A DNA stretch of 20,000 nt from an uncultured virus (IMG/VR IMGVR_UViG_3300025011_000039) (IMGVR_UViG_3300025011_000039); one strand, 5' to 3'; numbered from the stretch's first letter, positions 7,492-16,106 are shown. A program made the numbers and translations. Notes: generated by a model from the letters alone, not told the origin.

Positions 7492-9606
7492 CTAACCTAC
7501 CATACTCATTACCGCCTGCACCTGCTGTTCTGCCGGTAGTTGCATGATTTGAACAAAGGTATCAGGATCGTTCTCTTTAATCTGATTTAACTTGTCCACA
7601 AAACTCATAACTGCGCCCTGTTGCAACTCGCCGCTCATAGCCTCTTTACTACTTTCAAGGTCGTGCGATTGCTGCTGGCGGTTTAGTTCTCCCTGCTGTT
7701 TCGTAACAGCAAGTTCTTTCTCATGCTGCTGTTTAGCAAGCATCATATCGGTACTCTGCTGTAGTTGCTGTTCCTGTATCTGCTTCGCCTGCTCTTCCTG
7801 CTTTGCCTGCATCTCCTGTGCCTGCTGTATATCCTGCTCCATTTGCCCAATAACTTCCTTAAGGTGCGGAACACCGATTTTATCAAGAATTTTCAGTATC
7901 AGCATATTTCCAGGAGTAGGTTCAAAACGTCCCTGCCCTGCAAGAGACACGATAGAATTCATCATTTCCGACTTATTCTTCATGAATCCGACTTCTGCAC
8001 TAATCTCAATATCGAAGTCTGGATAAATTAAGTCACCGTTAACGTCACGAAGCATAGACAAGCGGTTAAACTGACCGTATTTATTCTCGCCCTTCTCTCC
8101 TGTAATACGAAAAGGTCTATCATCATCACAGAACGCCAATGCAAACTCGGCAATAGTGCGGTAAAGAGTCTTGTATGAGGTTGACTTATAGGCAGACTTA
8201 ATCGCTAATTTATTACTTGACTGACTGATATATGCCTGCGCTTGATCTCCGGAAGTTACTCCTGGTTGATGAACTCCTAATGAAGCATCGGTTACGCCGG
8301 TAATAAGTTGCATCCATTCTTTGAATTTATCAACCAATTGAATACCGTCAATATTGGTACTTAAATCAACTTCCTTGACAGAATTCGGATCATTAACATG
8401 GATTATCTCTGATGTTGGGTCCATAAGTTTTCTTTGCACTTCAAGAGAATCGGTTAAAATCTTCTTCCTACCACGAAGGAAAGATTCTTCATACATATGC
8501 ACTGCTTTCTTAATACTCTCCTGCAAGTCCCAAACATCTTCCATAATAGATATACCCCAACAACATTTATCACGCATAATAAACGGTTGGTAGACTATAT
8601 CCCAGCAAGTAGGTATGTAGTGTTCTGCTTCAATATCGCTGTCTATTTTCGAGTAGATAGGATTACCTTGCTCGTCTATACTCTTTCTCAACATAGATCC
8701 TGCTTCAATAGTTTCAGTCATATAGGGTTCGCCTGTTTCCTCGTCCCTACGATAAAAGAACTTCGGCAGGTGCTTAATCAGTAAATCACCGGACCACCAC
8801 AACTTACAAATATCTCCGTCATCGTCGCGGTAGGTAGTCTCAATAATTGTATACTTGCCAAGTCCCGTATCCTTAGAAACTCCGGTAGTGTCGGTAACGG
8901 TAGTTATTCTTTGGTCGCCCAATATCTCGTCATACTCGGCATACAGAATTGCCTTTTCTTCCAGCATGTCACTCGTTATATCCTTCCATTTGCGAAGAAT
9001 ATACTTTTGTGTACGGTTAACCGGATGATGATAATGCTCCATGTCGTCGCCGAAGTTAATAGATGATTTGTTAGGTATAATATCCTTCGGGTGAGGGTTG
9101 CTAATCTCAATCTCACCGACATATCCAGCACGTTTAATGTTGTTATTCCAGTGAACCTTTTTGAATGTACCGCCAAGTTTACTTACTCTGCGCTCGTCTG
9201 ACATATTCATTTCTTCAAGTGAAGGTGAAGAACTTCTCAGCACATAACCGACGTAACTTTTTAAAGCATTAACCGGCACTTCATCGGCAGCGGTAACAGG
9301 TTTAAAGTCATGGTCAGGAATAGTCATGTCAATTAACGCTTCTATAATTAGGCGAGGGAAGTTAACAACTGTTCTCGCTTCCTTATCTTGCCTATTGTTG
9401 ACGTTCTCGAATTCGCGATTACCGTTATACATATTTTCCCACGAATCCATAAGAAGATCGTACTTTTTCTTCGTTTGACGGTCAATCTCGAACTGATCTT
9501 GCCAGTATTTCAGCAAATCAAGGGTCTCTTGATCGTATTCTACAGCAGGTGCTACTATTTCTCTCACCTTCTTTTTTAACGCACGAAATGGTTTTTTCCA
9601 GTCCAT
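7492..9606 (-). CDS. Portal protein (P22-like, long Gln-rich C-terminal coiled coil)
   Basis: 704 aa following terL; RTVVNF, GGTFKKVHW, WGISIMEDV, ITGVTDASLG..PGVTSG and DFDIEI motifs. Confidence 0.88.
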   Translation of the reverse strand: MDWKKPFRALKKKVREIVAPAVEYDQETLDLLKYWQDQFEIDRQTKKKYDLLMDSWENMYNGNREFENVNNRQDKEARTVVNFPRLIIEALIDMTIPDHDFKPVTAADEVPVNALKSYVGYVLRSSSPSLEEMNMSDERRVSKLGGTFKKVHWNNNIKRAGYVGEIEISNPHPKDIIPNKSSINFGDDMEHYHHPVNRTQKYILRKWKDITSDMLEEKAILYAEYDEILGDQRITTVTDTTGVSKDTGLGKYTIIETTYRDDDGDICKLWWSGDLLIKHLPKFFYRRDEETGEPYMTETIEAGSMLRKSIDEQGNPIYSKIDSDIEAEHYIPTCWDIVYQPFIMRDKCCWGISIMEDVWDLQESIKKAVHMYEESFLRGRKKILTDSLEVQRKLMDPTSEIIHVNDPNSVKEVDLSTNIDGIQLVDKFKEWMQLITGVTDASLGVHQPGVTSGDQAQAYISQSSNKLAIKSAYKSTSYKTLYRTIAEFALAFCDDDRPFRITGEKGENKYGQFNRLSMLRDVNGDLIYPDFDIEISAEVGFMKNKSEMMNSIVSLAGQGRFEPTPGNMLILKILDKIGVPHLKEVIGQMEQDIQQAQEMQAKQEEQAKQIQEQQLQQSTDMMLAKQQHEKELAVTKQQGELNRQQQSHDLESSKEAMSGELQQGAVMSFVDKLNQIKENDPDTFVQIMQLPAEQQVQAVMSMVG

Positions 9607-9618
9607 TTGTTCACACCC

Positions 9619-9768
9619 TTAAAAATCTAACTTAATATCGTTAATAAAAAAGCACCTTCCGAAAAACATTCTCCATTCGGTAAAGTGCCATACATCGTTT
9701 TCTTTATATACTGTTTTGTATTTAAGAGGTAAAATCTGTTTTGCATACCACATTAATTTACTGAACAC
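9619..9768 (-). CDS. Small hypothetical protein (49 aa) between terL and portal
   Basis: GGAGG SD, GTG start; MFSKLMWYAKQILPLKYKTVYKENDVWHFTEWRMFFGRCFFINDIKLDF by hand translation. Confidence 0.65.
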   Translation of the reverse strand: MFSKLMWYAKQILPLKYKTVYKENDVWHFTEWRMFFGRCFFINDIKLDF

Positions 9769-9781
9769 ATATGTCCCTCCC

Positions 9782-11380
9782 TTAAAAACCTACAATATGT
9801 TCCTGTAACTTCTCGTATTCTTTCTCAAACGCAATGTTATTTAAAACTGCTGACTGCTCAGATAACGACATATCATCGGGAAAGTTAAACTTTTCATCCT
9901 TAGAAATGGGAGGTCTTGACATTACGCAATAGCGTAAACTTTCGTTGCTGTGCGTGACCTCGTGTGGAGTATCTGCCGCATCCTCAGAGTCGTTTTTATC
10001 ATGTTCAAGTAACGGCAAGCAACGTATCATATTTTTACAGGTATCAAATATTTTTAGTTTAGCAGTAAAAATAGTCTCCGTCTTAATACCTTCATCTGTC
10101 ATAATATCCTGCTTTTCTTCCCTAGCTAACAGATACTCTCTTACCGCCCTCCACCCTGCCTTACGCTCATGCTTTGCTTTTCTCAGGTTATTTAGCCCGG
10201 CACGGTTCATTATCTCCCTGCCGCTTGTCCCTGTCTCTTGCCGTCTATTCCATAAGTCAGGAGAAGCAACCGTATAACTTATTTTCTCGTCTTTGGGTGT
10301 CATGGAGATAATCTTTTTCGCCGCCTGACTAAGTGTTAAGTTTGGTTGATATAACTCACGATAAGCATACATAATCCCTTCTGGTGATACTGCCCACCAG
10401 TGACAAGAACACATATCAAGTCCATAGTCTAAAGAGCAGAACCGTTTCCACCAGGACGGTATCTTAAACGGTTTAACGACATGCACATCACGACGAAACT
10501 CTTTAAAGAACTGCCCTTCACCGGCAGTAAACGCCTCTTCTGGAGTCGCTGGATACTCTGCCATATAACTATGAGGTAAGTCTTTTTTAACCTGCTCATA
10601 CCACTCCTGGGTACGTCTAGGGTCGGTACTCCAAGGCATAAATATAGGCGTAAACGTATTTTCACCGTTGTACGCCTTCCAAAATATTTCCTCAAATAAG
10701 GTACCTTTTTTAGCGGTAGACAACCCAATAACCTGCCCACCAGTAGGACGATTAATAGTCGGGTAAGCAGCAGACCAAATATCTCTAGCGAACATCTGAA
10801 ACGCCCATTCGTCGAGTATTACGAGGTTTGCCGTGAAAGAACGTCCACTGTCAGGACCAGCAGACATAGCGTTAAAAACAGCAGGTTCCTTGCCCTTATG
10901 GTAGATAGTAACCGACAATACTGTTGAATCCCATGTAGGGTTAGGGTATTGCTTAGGAGTACCCTTAACGTGACGAATCATCCATGAAGGTAGGTACCTA
11001 AGAATAAAGCATATACGCCTAATAAGTTCCTTAGCATCTTCTTCCCTCTTAGATAGAGCAACAACAGAATATCCAGGTCTAAATATAACCCCGTGCAATC
11101 CGTAAATAAGAGATAGCCAAGTAAAACCTAACTGCCTAGCTTTAAGAATAATCGACAACTTACTGTCAATAATCTTCCTTAACGCTTCCTTCTGACCGTC
11201 CCATAAATTAAGTTTAGCAACTAGGTCAGGAACATCTCTATCCTCAATATAAGCGTATTTATCTATGAAATACTCTACACTCTTAGAGGATTTACGATAT
11301 TCTAATTCAACTTTCGCTGCCGCTTTTTCCCTTAACTTCTGAGCGGATAGTTTTTTCTTTTCCTTCTGTTGGTCAGTCAT
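9782..11380 (-). CDS. terL: Terminase large subunit
   Basis: Walker A ILKARQLGFT, Walker B LVILDEWAF, coupling motif LST, nuclease SLDYG and C-terminal acidic/His motif. Confidence 0.95.
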   Translation of the reverse strand: MTDQQKEKKKLSAQKLREKAAAKVELEYRKSSKSVEYFIDKYAYIEDRDVPDLVAKLNLWDGQKEALRKIIDSKLSIILKARQLGFTWLSLIYGLHGVIFRPGYSVVALSKREEDAKELIRRICFILRYLPSWMIRHVKGTPKQYPNPTWDSTVLSVTIYHKGKEPAVFNAMSAGPDSGRSFTANLVILDEWAFQMFARDIWSAAYPTINRPTGGQVIGLSTAKKGTLFEEIFWKAYNGENTFTPIFMPWSTDPRRTQEWYEQVKKDLPHSYMAEYPATPEEAFTAGEGQFFKEFRRDVHVVKPFKIPSWWKRFCSLDYGLDMCSCHWWAVSPEGIMYAYRELYQPNLTLSQAAKKIISMTPKDEKISYTVASPDLWNRRQETGTSGREIMNRAGLNNLRKAKHERKAGWRAVREYLLAREEKQDIMTDEGIKTETIFTAKLKIFDTCKNMIRCLPLLEHDKNDSEDAADTPHEVTHSNESLRYCVMSRPPISKDEKFNFPDDMSLSEQSAVLNNIAFEKEYEKLQEHIVGF

Positions 11381-11398
11381 AAGATCACCTTATTGTGA

Positions 11399-11731
11399 CT
11401 AGATTAGTTTAATGTCGCCGATTTCTTTTTTAAGTCTGTCGGATAGATCCCATAATGCCTTGTTATTGTCTACCATAATTCCGGCCAAAGTGTATAGTTT
11501 TTCATACAATGTAACATCGTTATTCTTTGAACCACTTTCGCATGATACAGGATATGGTTGCCGCACAACTCCTTCGAGTATAGAGATAACATTGCTGTTT
11601 TCATACACAGATTGGGTTATTGCCTCCAATGTGCTTTCTAGTGGGGTTAACTCCCTAGCGCATACAGGTTCATTCATCGGTGTAGATATATTACTATAAC
11701 TTTTTAATTCATTATTCTGCGGAAAATTCAT
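11399..11731 (-). CDS. Hypothetical protein (110 aa)
   Basis: ORF track; GGAGG SD; co-oriented with neighbours. Confidence 0.7.
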   Translation of the reverse strand: MNFPQNNELKSYSNISTPMNEPVCARELTPLESTLEAITQSVYENSNVISILEGVVRQPYPVSCESGSKNNDVTLYEKLYTLAGIMVDNNKALWDLSDRLKKEIGDIKLI

Positions 11732-11749
11732 TTCAATTCCTCCATGTTC

Positions 11750-11983
11750 TCATTTAGTTTTCAGTATCAATTCATTATCGTGAGACAATTTATGGATAGT
11801 ATCCTTACTTATCTCAGTTATTGCTAGCGCATTAAAGTAACTATAAACATCATAGACAGTCATTGTAGTGCCGTCTTTAAGATGAAAGGTAACAATAAAC
11901 TCGTCTATACTGTCAAAGTTTTCTTCCATCCAATTGATTAGTCCATTGACGGGGCCGGGAAATATGCGCTTAATATTATTCAT
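11750..11983 (-). CDS. Hypothetical protein (about 77 aa; alternative start 11995)
   Basis: ORF track; GGTGA SD before ATG 11983. Confidence 0.7.
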   Translation of the reverse strand: MNNIKRIFPGPVNGLINWMEENFDSIDEFIVTFHLKDGTTMTVYDVYSYFNALAITEISKDTIHKLSHDNELILKTK

Positions 11984-11984
11984 C

Positions 11985-12398
11985 TCATTCACCATCTAAT
12001 TTACTTCTTGGTTCTGCCAACAACATTTTTGGCTTTTCCGACCACCACGTATCAGGACACACTTTAATATCTAAATGGTAGTCAATACAAAACTGTAAGT
12101 GTTTATGCACTTTTTCATATGATCTATGAAATACTCTGCCTAAATAAGCACCGTAATACTCCTGCTTTATAGGTAGTTTTTTGAACATTTCTTCATATTT
12201 GTCAAGTGGCATTATTACCGATATATCTATATCCCTTGGAATTTCTTTATATAGAACTGAACCAACCAGATAAACAGGATAGCCAAAATCATCCGCTGCT
12301 TTCTGAGCAAATTCTCTCAGTTTCAAAAAGTCACTCCAAGTAATAGGTTTATGATCATATCCATGCGGTTCTGCTTTACCTAAAATTGGTTCGTTCAT
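11985..12398 (-). CDS. Pol beta-superfamily (minimal) nucleotidyltransferase-fold protein
   Basis: VYLVGS...PRDIDI (hGS + DxD) motif and a later LDIK; ATGA overlap with the upstream stop. Confidence 0.7.
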   Translation of the reverse strand: MNEPILGKAEPHGYDHKPITWSDFLKLREFAQKAADDFGYPVYLVGSVLYKEIPRDIDISVIMPLDKYEEMFKKLPIKQEYYGAYLGRVFHRSYEKVHKHLQFCIDYHLDIKVCPDTWWSEKPKMLLAEPRSKLDGE

Positions 12399-12784
12399 AA
12401 ACATTCCTCATATTTACAATCACATGCCCAACCAGTAAACCAACCACTACCATCACTTAACTCGATATGAGTTTTGACCATAATGGTTTTACAGTCAGGA
12501 CATATGGGGCGAGTGTCTTTGAGTATAATTTCACCAGAACCGTCACAGTTCAATAATGGAGAATATGCAGGAACACTTCTGGTAAAATATGAACACAAAG
12601 GAATATTTTTTTCGACTGGATTTTTCGAAACGTCACTATCTATGGGGTCAATTTCACCCGCCGCCAATAGTTCCTGAGTTTTCTTAACGATAGCGGCGGT
12701 TGCGTTGGAAAGAGTCTCGTGCTTTAAATTCATAAAAGCGTTTACATATTCCTCAATTGATGATTCTTTGATTTGTTCTGTCAT
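12395..12784 (-). CDS. Hypothetical protein with C-terminal zinc ribbon (CPDC...CDC)
   Basis: ORF track; Cys motifs; SD-like GAGGACGGTG. Confidence 0.7.
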   Translation of the reverse strand: MTEQIKESSIEEYVNAFMNLKHETLSNATAAIVKKTQELLAAGEIDPIDSDVSKNPVEKNIPLCSYFTRSVPAYSPLLNCDGSGEIILKDTRPICPDCKTIMVKTHIELSDGSGWFTGWACDCKYEECL

Positions 12785-12808
12785 TATTTACACCGTCCTC
12801 GGTTAAAT

Positions 12809-13129
12809 TTATTCATATTGTGGCAAGTACACAAAACTAGCACTAACAAATCTTCTAGGTTCAGACTTCTTGTCCATATGCACACCGGGAATAAAGGTAA
12901 GTGCCTCAGCAACCGCATAACTTCCGTCAGGATTCTTCTGTTGGGTAGATACCTGCACGATACAACCACCAAATACATTACATACCTTAGTTGATTTCAT
13001 CCATCCCTGAGACTCGCTAGAAGCCTTACAGAGCAGGGCAAATGTATCTCTATCACCGAACACTTTAATGTCAGAGATATTTGCTTTTGCTGTTTTGATG
13101 CAGTCAATATCAAGGGTTTTACTTTCCAT
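12809..13129 (-). CDS. Hypothetical phage protein (106 aa)
   Basis: AAGGAG SD before ATG 13129; globular-looking sequence (KASSESQGWMKSTK...AEALTFIPG). Confidence 0.75.
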   Translation of the reverse strand: MESKTLDIDCIKTAKANISDIKVFGDRDTFALLCKASSESQGWMKSTKVCNVFGGCIVQVSTQQKNPDGSYAVAEALTFIPGVHMDKKSEPRRFVSASFVYLPQYE

Positions 13130-13482
13130 TATCAGATCTCCTTTTTCCACTTAATTACATAACATTTCGGAGTTTAGTAAAATACGTAACTGTCTGGATG
13201 GTGATAGTATAAGGTACTGTTACCCGCCGCCGGAGTCCCGCCAATCCATACCGGGGGTGTTTGACCCCCACCCCCTCTTTTTGGCGAATATCCTATCTAA
13301 ATACGTGCGCTTGCGTCCCTGCTCGCGTATGCGCTGCGCTCTGTGCGTACAATACAGTGTCGCAACCCTGCGCCTGCGAAGGTGGGTAGATACGGTAAAA
13401 CGTCCACCAGTGCAGGACATGGAACCAACAACCAAGCGAATATCCAAAAAACCCAGGAAATACGGCACTTTTGGCCTTATCT

Positions 13483-13510
13483 AGTTGACATAATGCTCAT
13501 TATGAGAACG
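13483..13510 (-). other. dif-like XerC/XerD recombination site
   Basis: Minus strand CGTTCTCATAA-TGAGCA-TTATGTCAACT: 11-6-11 layout; compare E. coli dif GGTGCGCATAA-TGTATA-TTATGTTAAAT and the B. subtilis right arm TTATGTAAACT. Confidence 0.8.
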
Positions 13511-13554
13511 TAAATAGGTACAGCGCGTACATAGCTAAACGACTTTCGGGGTAA

Positions 13555-14016
13555 TTAGTCCTCCAACAACTGCTCCAACTCCGCATCCGACATACCAGCT
13601 ATGCGAACATCTACAGGTCCGCCGTCCGCGCCTGTCAACTCCAATTTTTGTGTATCAGACCACGAATCAGGTTTCCGATTTTTTAGCCAGGCCATGGCTG
13701 CGCCCGTGTCTGGTGGATAGTGCTTTTCTGTTGGCACAATAACCGGCAGACCATCATGGACAAATATTTTGTCCTCCGGATGTGAGTAACCTTTCGCTCT
13801 TTGATACAGACTTTGCGCTATTTCCGTGTCAGCAATTACCTTCCCTCTCTTTAAGGACTCGCAAAATAATGGATATTCCAGCTTCCATCTATTTACAGTA
13901 GCTTCGTCAACCTCAAAGAAATCAGCTAAACTTTTGTCCGTTGCTCCCAACAGGCACAATTTATACGCCTGTTCGTTGTATTCTTCCTTGTACTTCGTCG
14001 GTCTTCCTGCTGGCAT
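13555..14016 (-). CDS. terS: Terminase small subunit
   Basis: GRPTKY N-terminus, HTH (ATDKSLADFFEVDEATVNRWK), PPDTGAAMAWLKNR and ELTGADGGPV motifs. Confidence 0.92.
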   Translation of the reverse strand: MPAGRPTKYKEEYNEQAYKLCLLGATDKSLADFFEVDEATVNRWKLEYPLFCESLKRGKVIADTEIAQSLYQRAKGYSHPEDKIFVHDGLPVIVPTEKHYPPDTGAAMAWLKNRKPDSWSDTQKLELTGADGGPVDVRIAGMSDAELEQLLED

Positions 14017-14076
14017 TCAACTCACTTCCTTCCTATAATACGAAAACTCACCTTCACCATCGGCAAAGGTCAATTC

Positions 14077-14187
14077 TCACATAATCTGTATCAGCTTCAA
14101 AACTCCTGCACCTGCCAATGCTGACACAAAAACAAGTACAACTACAACTTTAAGTATGTCCTTGCCTGTCGGAAAACCAAATCCCAT
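14077..14187 (-). CDS. Small single-pass membrane peptide (36 aa)
   Basis: GAGGTGA SD; MGFGFPTGKDILKVVVVLVFVSALAGAGVLKLIQIM. Confidence 0.6.
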   Translation of the reverse strand: MGFGFPTGKDILKVVVVLVFVSALAGAGVLKLIQIM

Positions 14188-14256
14188 GCTTTTCTCACCT
14201 CTCACAGCCTCGTACAGCCGCTTAAAATTGTTTTAAGTGGTTTAGTACCTACAAAA

Positions 14257-14460
14257 TCAATCAGGCATTTCTATTTCCATTTCCATCAATGCCGTATTTT
14301 TCTTTGCTAATTTATGTCCTGCTTCTCTCAAACAGTCATTGCACGTAAAATAACACTGAAATATATTAGAAACAAATTTTACATAACTTTTCTTTGTTAG
14401 CGTTACTTCCATTGCATTATTACATTTCACACAATGAACTTTGGCTTGAAATAATGTCAC
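14257..14460 (-). CDS. Small zinc-ribbon protein (CVKC...CNDC)
   Basis: ORF track; two CxxC motifs; GGGAGTG SD. Confidence 0.6.
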   Translation of the reverse strand: MTLFQAKVHCVKCNNAMEVTLTKKSYVKFVSNIFQCYFTCNDCLREAGHKLAKKNTALMEMEIEMPD

Positions 14461-14583
14461 TTTTCAGCACTCCCAACACTTTAAAACATAGTTACCAAAA
14501 CATCTTAGAGTAATAAGAGGAGTCTATTGCGTTCAAAACACCTTCTAGTCGTTGTCGCTATTGGCCTAAGAGGTATCTTTGAT

Positions 14584-14658
14584 ATGTAGTCCACAGACTA
14601 CATGAAATGCCACTATAGGTATACTACAGACTACATGTTATAAGTCGGTTGTAGTCCA
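14584..14658. repeat. Cluster of four TGTAGTC/GACTACA sites (iteron/operator-like)
   Basis: Palindrome ATGTAGTC-CACA-GACTACAT (14584-14603); direct repeat ACAGACTACATG (14593 and 14626); TGTAGTCCA (14585 and 14650). Confidence 0.7.
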
Positions 14659-14726
14659 GCAAACACAAGGCATGAGCGACACTTTTTAGGCTTTAGATGC
14701 CTCTATTAACTCTAAGATACCGCAAA

Positions 14727-15245
14727 CTAACTATCATTAGCGTTGTAGGTTTTAAACATATCCACCAGAGTCGCGTTTATAAACCGGCCCCGGAAAAAGA
14801 TGTACGGATTTGCGAAGTATTGATAACTTTTGCCTACCTTGTTACGAGCGAAAACTTTTTTACGAACTAACCTGTCCATGCTCTTAACAACGGTAATCCT
14901 ATTAAACCCGGTAATCTTTTCAATGTCTGATTGACTAACCGGGTTACCGCCGCCTTTTGTCAACATTCCGCTGTTGTAGCTGATATGTCCCATGAGCAAC
15001 ATGACAATAGCCAGCTCTGCACCGCTGAGGCGTTTTCCTTCATCGTCAAGCATCGTTACAACATTAGCCAGTTCGTCAGGAAAAACTTTTACGAATTTCT
15101 TTTCAGGCTGCCAGAGAACGCGATCCTGCTCTTCGGAAATATCCTCGCGGAAACCATAATAGGTATTTGTCAAGTCAACGCCCTTTGATTTCAAACGATT
15201 CACCGTTTTGGCGAACTCCTGTAAAACAATATCTTTGTCAGACAC
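14727..15245 (-). CDS. RepL-like (Firmicute plasmid replication/maintenance) winged-HTH protein
   Basis: FVKVF, HTH SQSDIEKITGFNRITVVKSMDRL and YFANPYIFFRG signature typical of the RepL family. Confidence 0.7.
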   Translation of the reverse strand: MSDKDIVLQEFAKTVNRLKSKGVDLTNTYYGFREDISEEQDRVLWQPEKKFVKVFPDELANVVTMLDDEGKRLSGAELAIVMLLMGHISYNSGMLTKGGGNPVSQSDIEKITGFNRITVVKSMDRLVRKKVFARNKVGKSYQYFANPYIFFRGRFINATLVDMFKTYNANDS

Positions 15246-15271
15246 AAATTCACCTTCCTTCTATGTAAAGC

Positions 15272-15292
15272 AAAAAGCACCCTCTCAGGTGC
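15272..15292 (-). terminator. Terminator-like hairpin in the leader of the RepL-like gene
   Basis: GCACC-TGAGAG-GGTGC followed by TTTTTGCTTT, between promoter and start codon. Confidence 0.5.
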
Positions 15293-15361
15293 CTCGAAAA
15301 CGATATATCCCTACTCAATACAGTAGGTAAAAACAACATGGTATAAAACCCCCACACTACC

Positions 15362-15390
15362 ATTTTACCACGGCCAAAGCCCATTTTCAA
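15362..15390 (-). promoter_or_regulatory. sigmaA-type promoter (leftward)
   Basis: TTGAAA, 17 bp, TGnTAAAAT. Confidence 0.7.
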
Positions 15391-15457
15391 GCAAAACTTT
15401 CCGTTTTCCTTCTATATATAGCATTTCCGGCAAATGCAGATCCGTCTAATGGCTGGG

Positions 15458-15486
15458 TTGCCATATGGAAGCCCATGTAGTATACT
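15458..15486 (+). promoter_or_regulatory. sigmaA-type promoter of the RHH gene, overlapped by an operator-like palindrome
   Basis: TTGCCA, 17 bp, TATACT; TGGGTTGCCA-TA-TGGAAGCCCA at 15454-15475. Confidence 0.7.
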
Positions 15487-15505
15487 GTCTTTGGAGGTGG
15501 TCAAA

Positions 15506-15706
15506 ATGTCGGCAAAAAGAAAAGAAAAATATAGAGATGGCTGGGAAAGTTTTAACCTGCGCCTGTCAACCGAGGATAAAGCAAAACTAGCCGAAATATC
15601 AGCAGATACGCGGGTTCCAGCATCCGAAATAGCCAGAAATGCTATCAAAAAAGAACTTGCGGAACTTCAAAAAACGCTGAAAAAGGCAGATACAGCTAGT
15701 ATTTAG
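15506..15706 (+). CDS. Ribbon-helix-helix (Arc/CopG/MetJ-like) transcriptional regulator (66 aa)
   Basis: GGAGGTGG SD before ATG 15506; SFNLRLSTEDKAKLAEIS...PASEIARNAI pattern. Confidence 0.8.
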   Translation: MSAKRKEKYRDGWESFNLRLSTEDKAKLAEISADTRVPASEIARNAIKKELAELQKTLKKADTASI

Positions 15707-15717
15707 CAGGCAGGATA

Positions 15718-15790
15718 ATCTGGATACCCATAAATGGCTGAATATAAGGTTATTTGAGGCTTTACGGCATGGGTATCCAGATGATAGTAT
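15718..15790 (+). promoter_or_regulatory. 14-bp inverted repeat operators and probable promoter of the early gene string
   Basis: ATCTGGATACCCAT (15718-15731)/ATGGGTATCCAGAT (15769-15782); TTTACG, 18 bp, TGnTAGTAT. Confidence 0.55.
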
Positions 15791-15832
15791 AAGCACATGG
15801 AACACAGCAACACACGAACGGGAGGCGCAGAC

Positions 15833-15958
15833 ATGAAAAAACTTCTTAAATACACCGCCACAGCATTAGCAGTAACTACAATGTTTCACCCGGTAGGAAT
15901 GGGAATCGCTCTCCTGGTAGGAATCGGATACATGGGTTACTTATTAGCTACAAATTAA
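15833..15958 (+). CDS. Small hydrophobic membrane peptide (41 aa)
   Basis: GGAGG SD; MKKLLKYTATALAVTTMFHPVGMGIALLVGIGYMGYLLATN. Confidence 0.65.
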   Translation: MKKLLKYTATALAVTTMFHPVGMGIALLVGIGYMGYLLATN

Positions 15959-15974
15959 ATAAGGGGGAAACAAA

Positions 15975-16106
15975 ATGACCAAACAGCTAAAGCGCAAAAT
16001 CAAGCAGTACACCAAATCGGTAGGACTAGAAAAAGCGGTAAACCTAAACAGAACTAAGTTAATCGACTTTTGCAACTTCTGCGTATTTCACAGCATTAAA
16101 TTCTAG
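15975..16106 (+). CDS. Small basic protein (43 aa)
   Basis: AAGGGGG SD; MTKQLKRKIKQYTKSVGLEKAVNLNRTKLIDFCNFCVFHSIKF; stop abuts hammerhead 1. Confidence 0.65.
   Translation: MTKQLKRKIKQYTKSVGLEKAVNLNRTKLIDFCNFCVFHSIKF

Larger units (their letters stand above)
1..15245 (-). mobile_element. Tailed phage packaging/head module (terS-terL-portal-scaffold-capsid) with upstream RepL-like gene; the whole window appears to be phage
   Basis: Canonical head-module gene order on one strand; no host housekeeping genes anywhere in the window. Confidence 0.93.

Noticed and set aside
7592..10740. Short ORFs inside portal and terL, including Cys-rich 7592..8026
   Set aside because: Antisense or out-of-frame artefacts; the Cys runs mirror the portal's CAG/CAA codons
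13220..13484. ORFs 13220..13468 (-) and 13257..13484 (+)
   Set aside because: Weak starts, no good SD, atypical composition; likely a cis-acting region
13202..15793. Shared 12-mer TGATAGTATAAG at 13202 and 15782
   Set aside because: AT-rich, -10-like sequence; only two copies with no consistent flanking element
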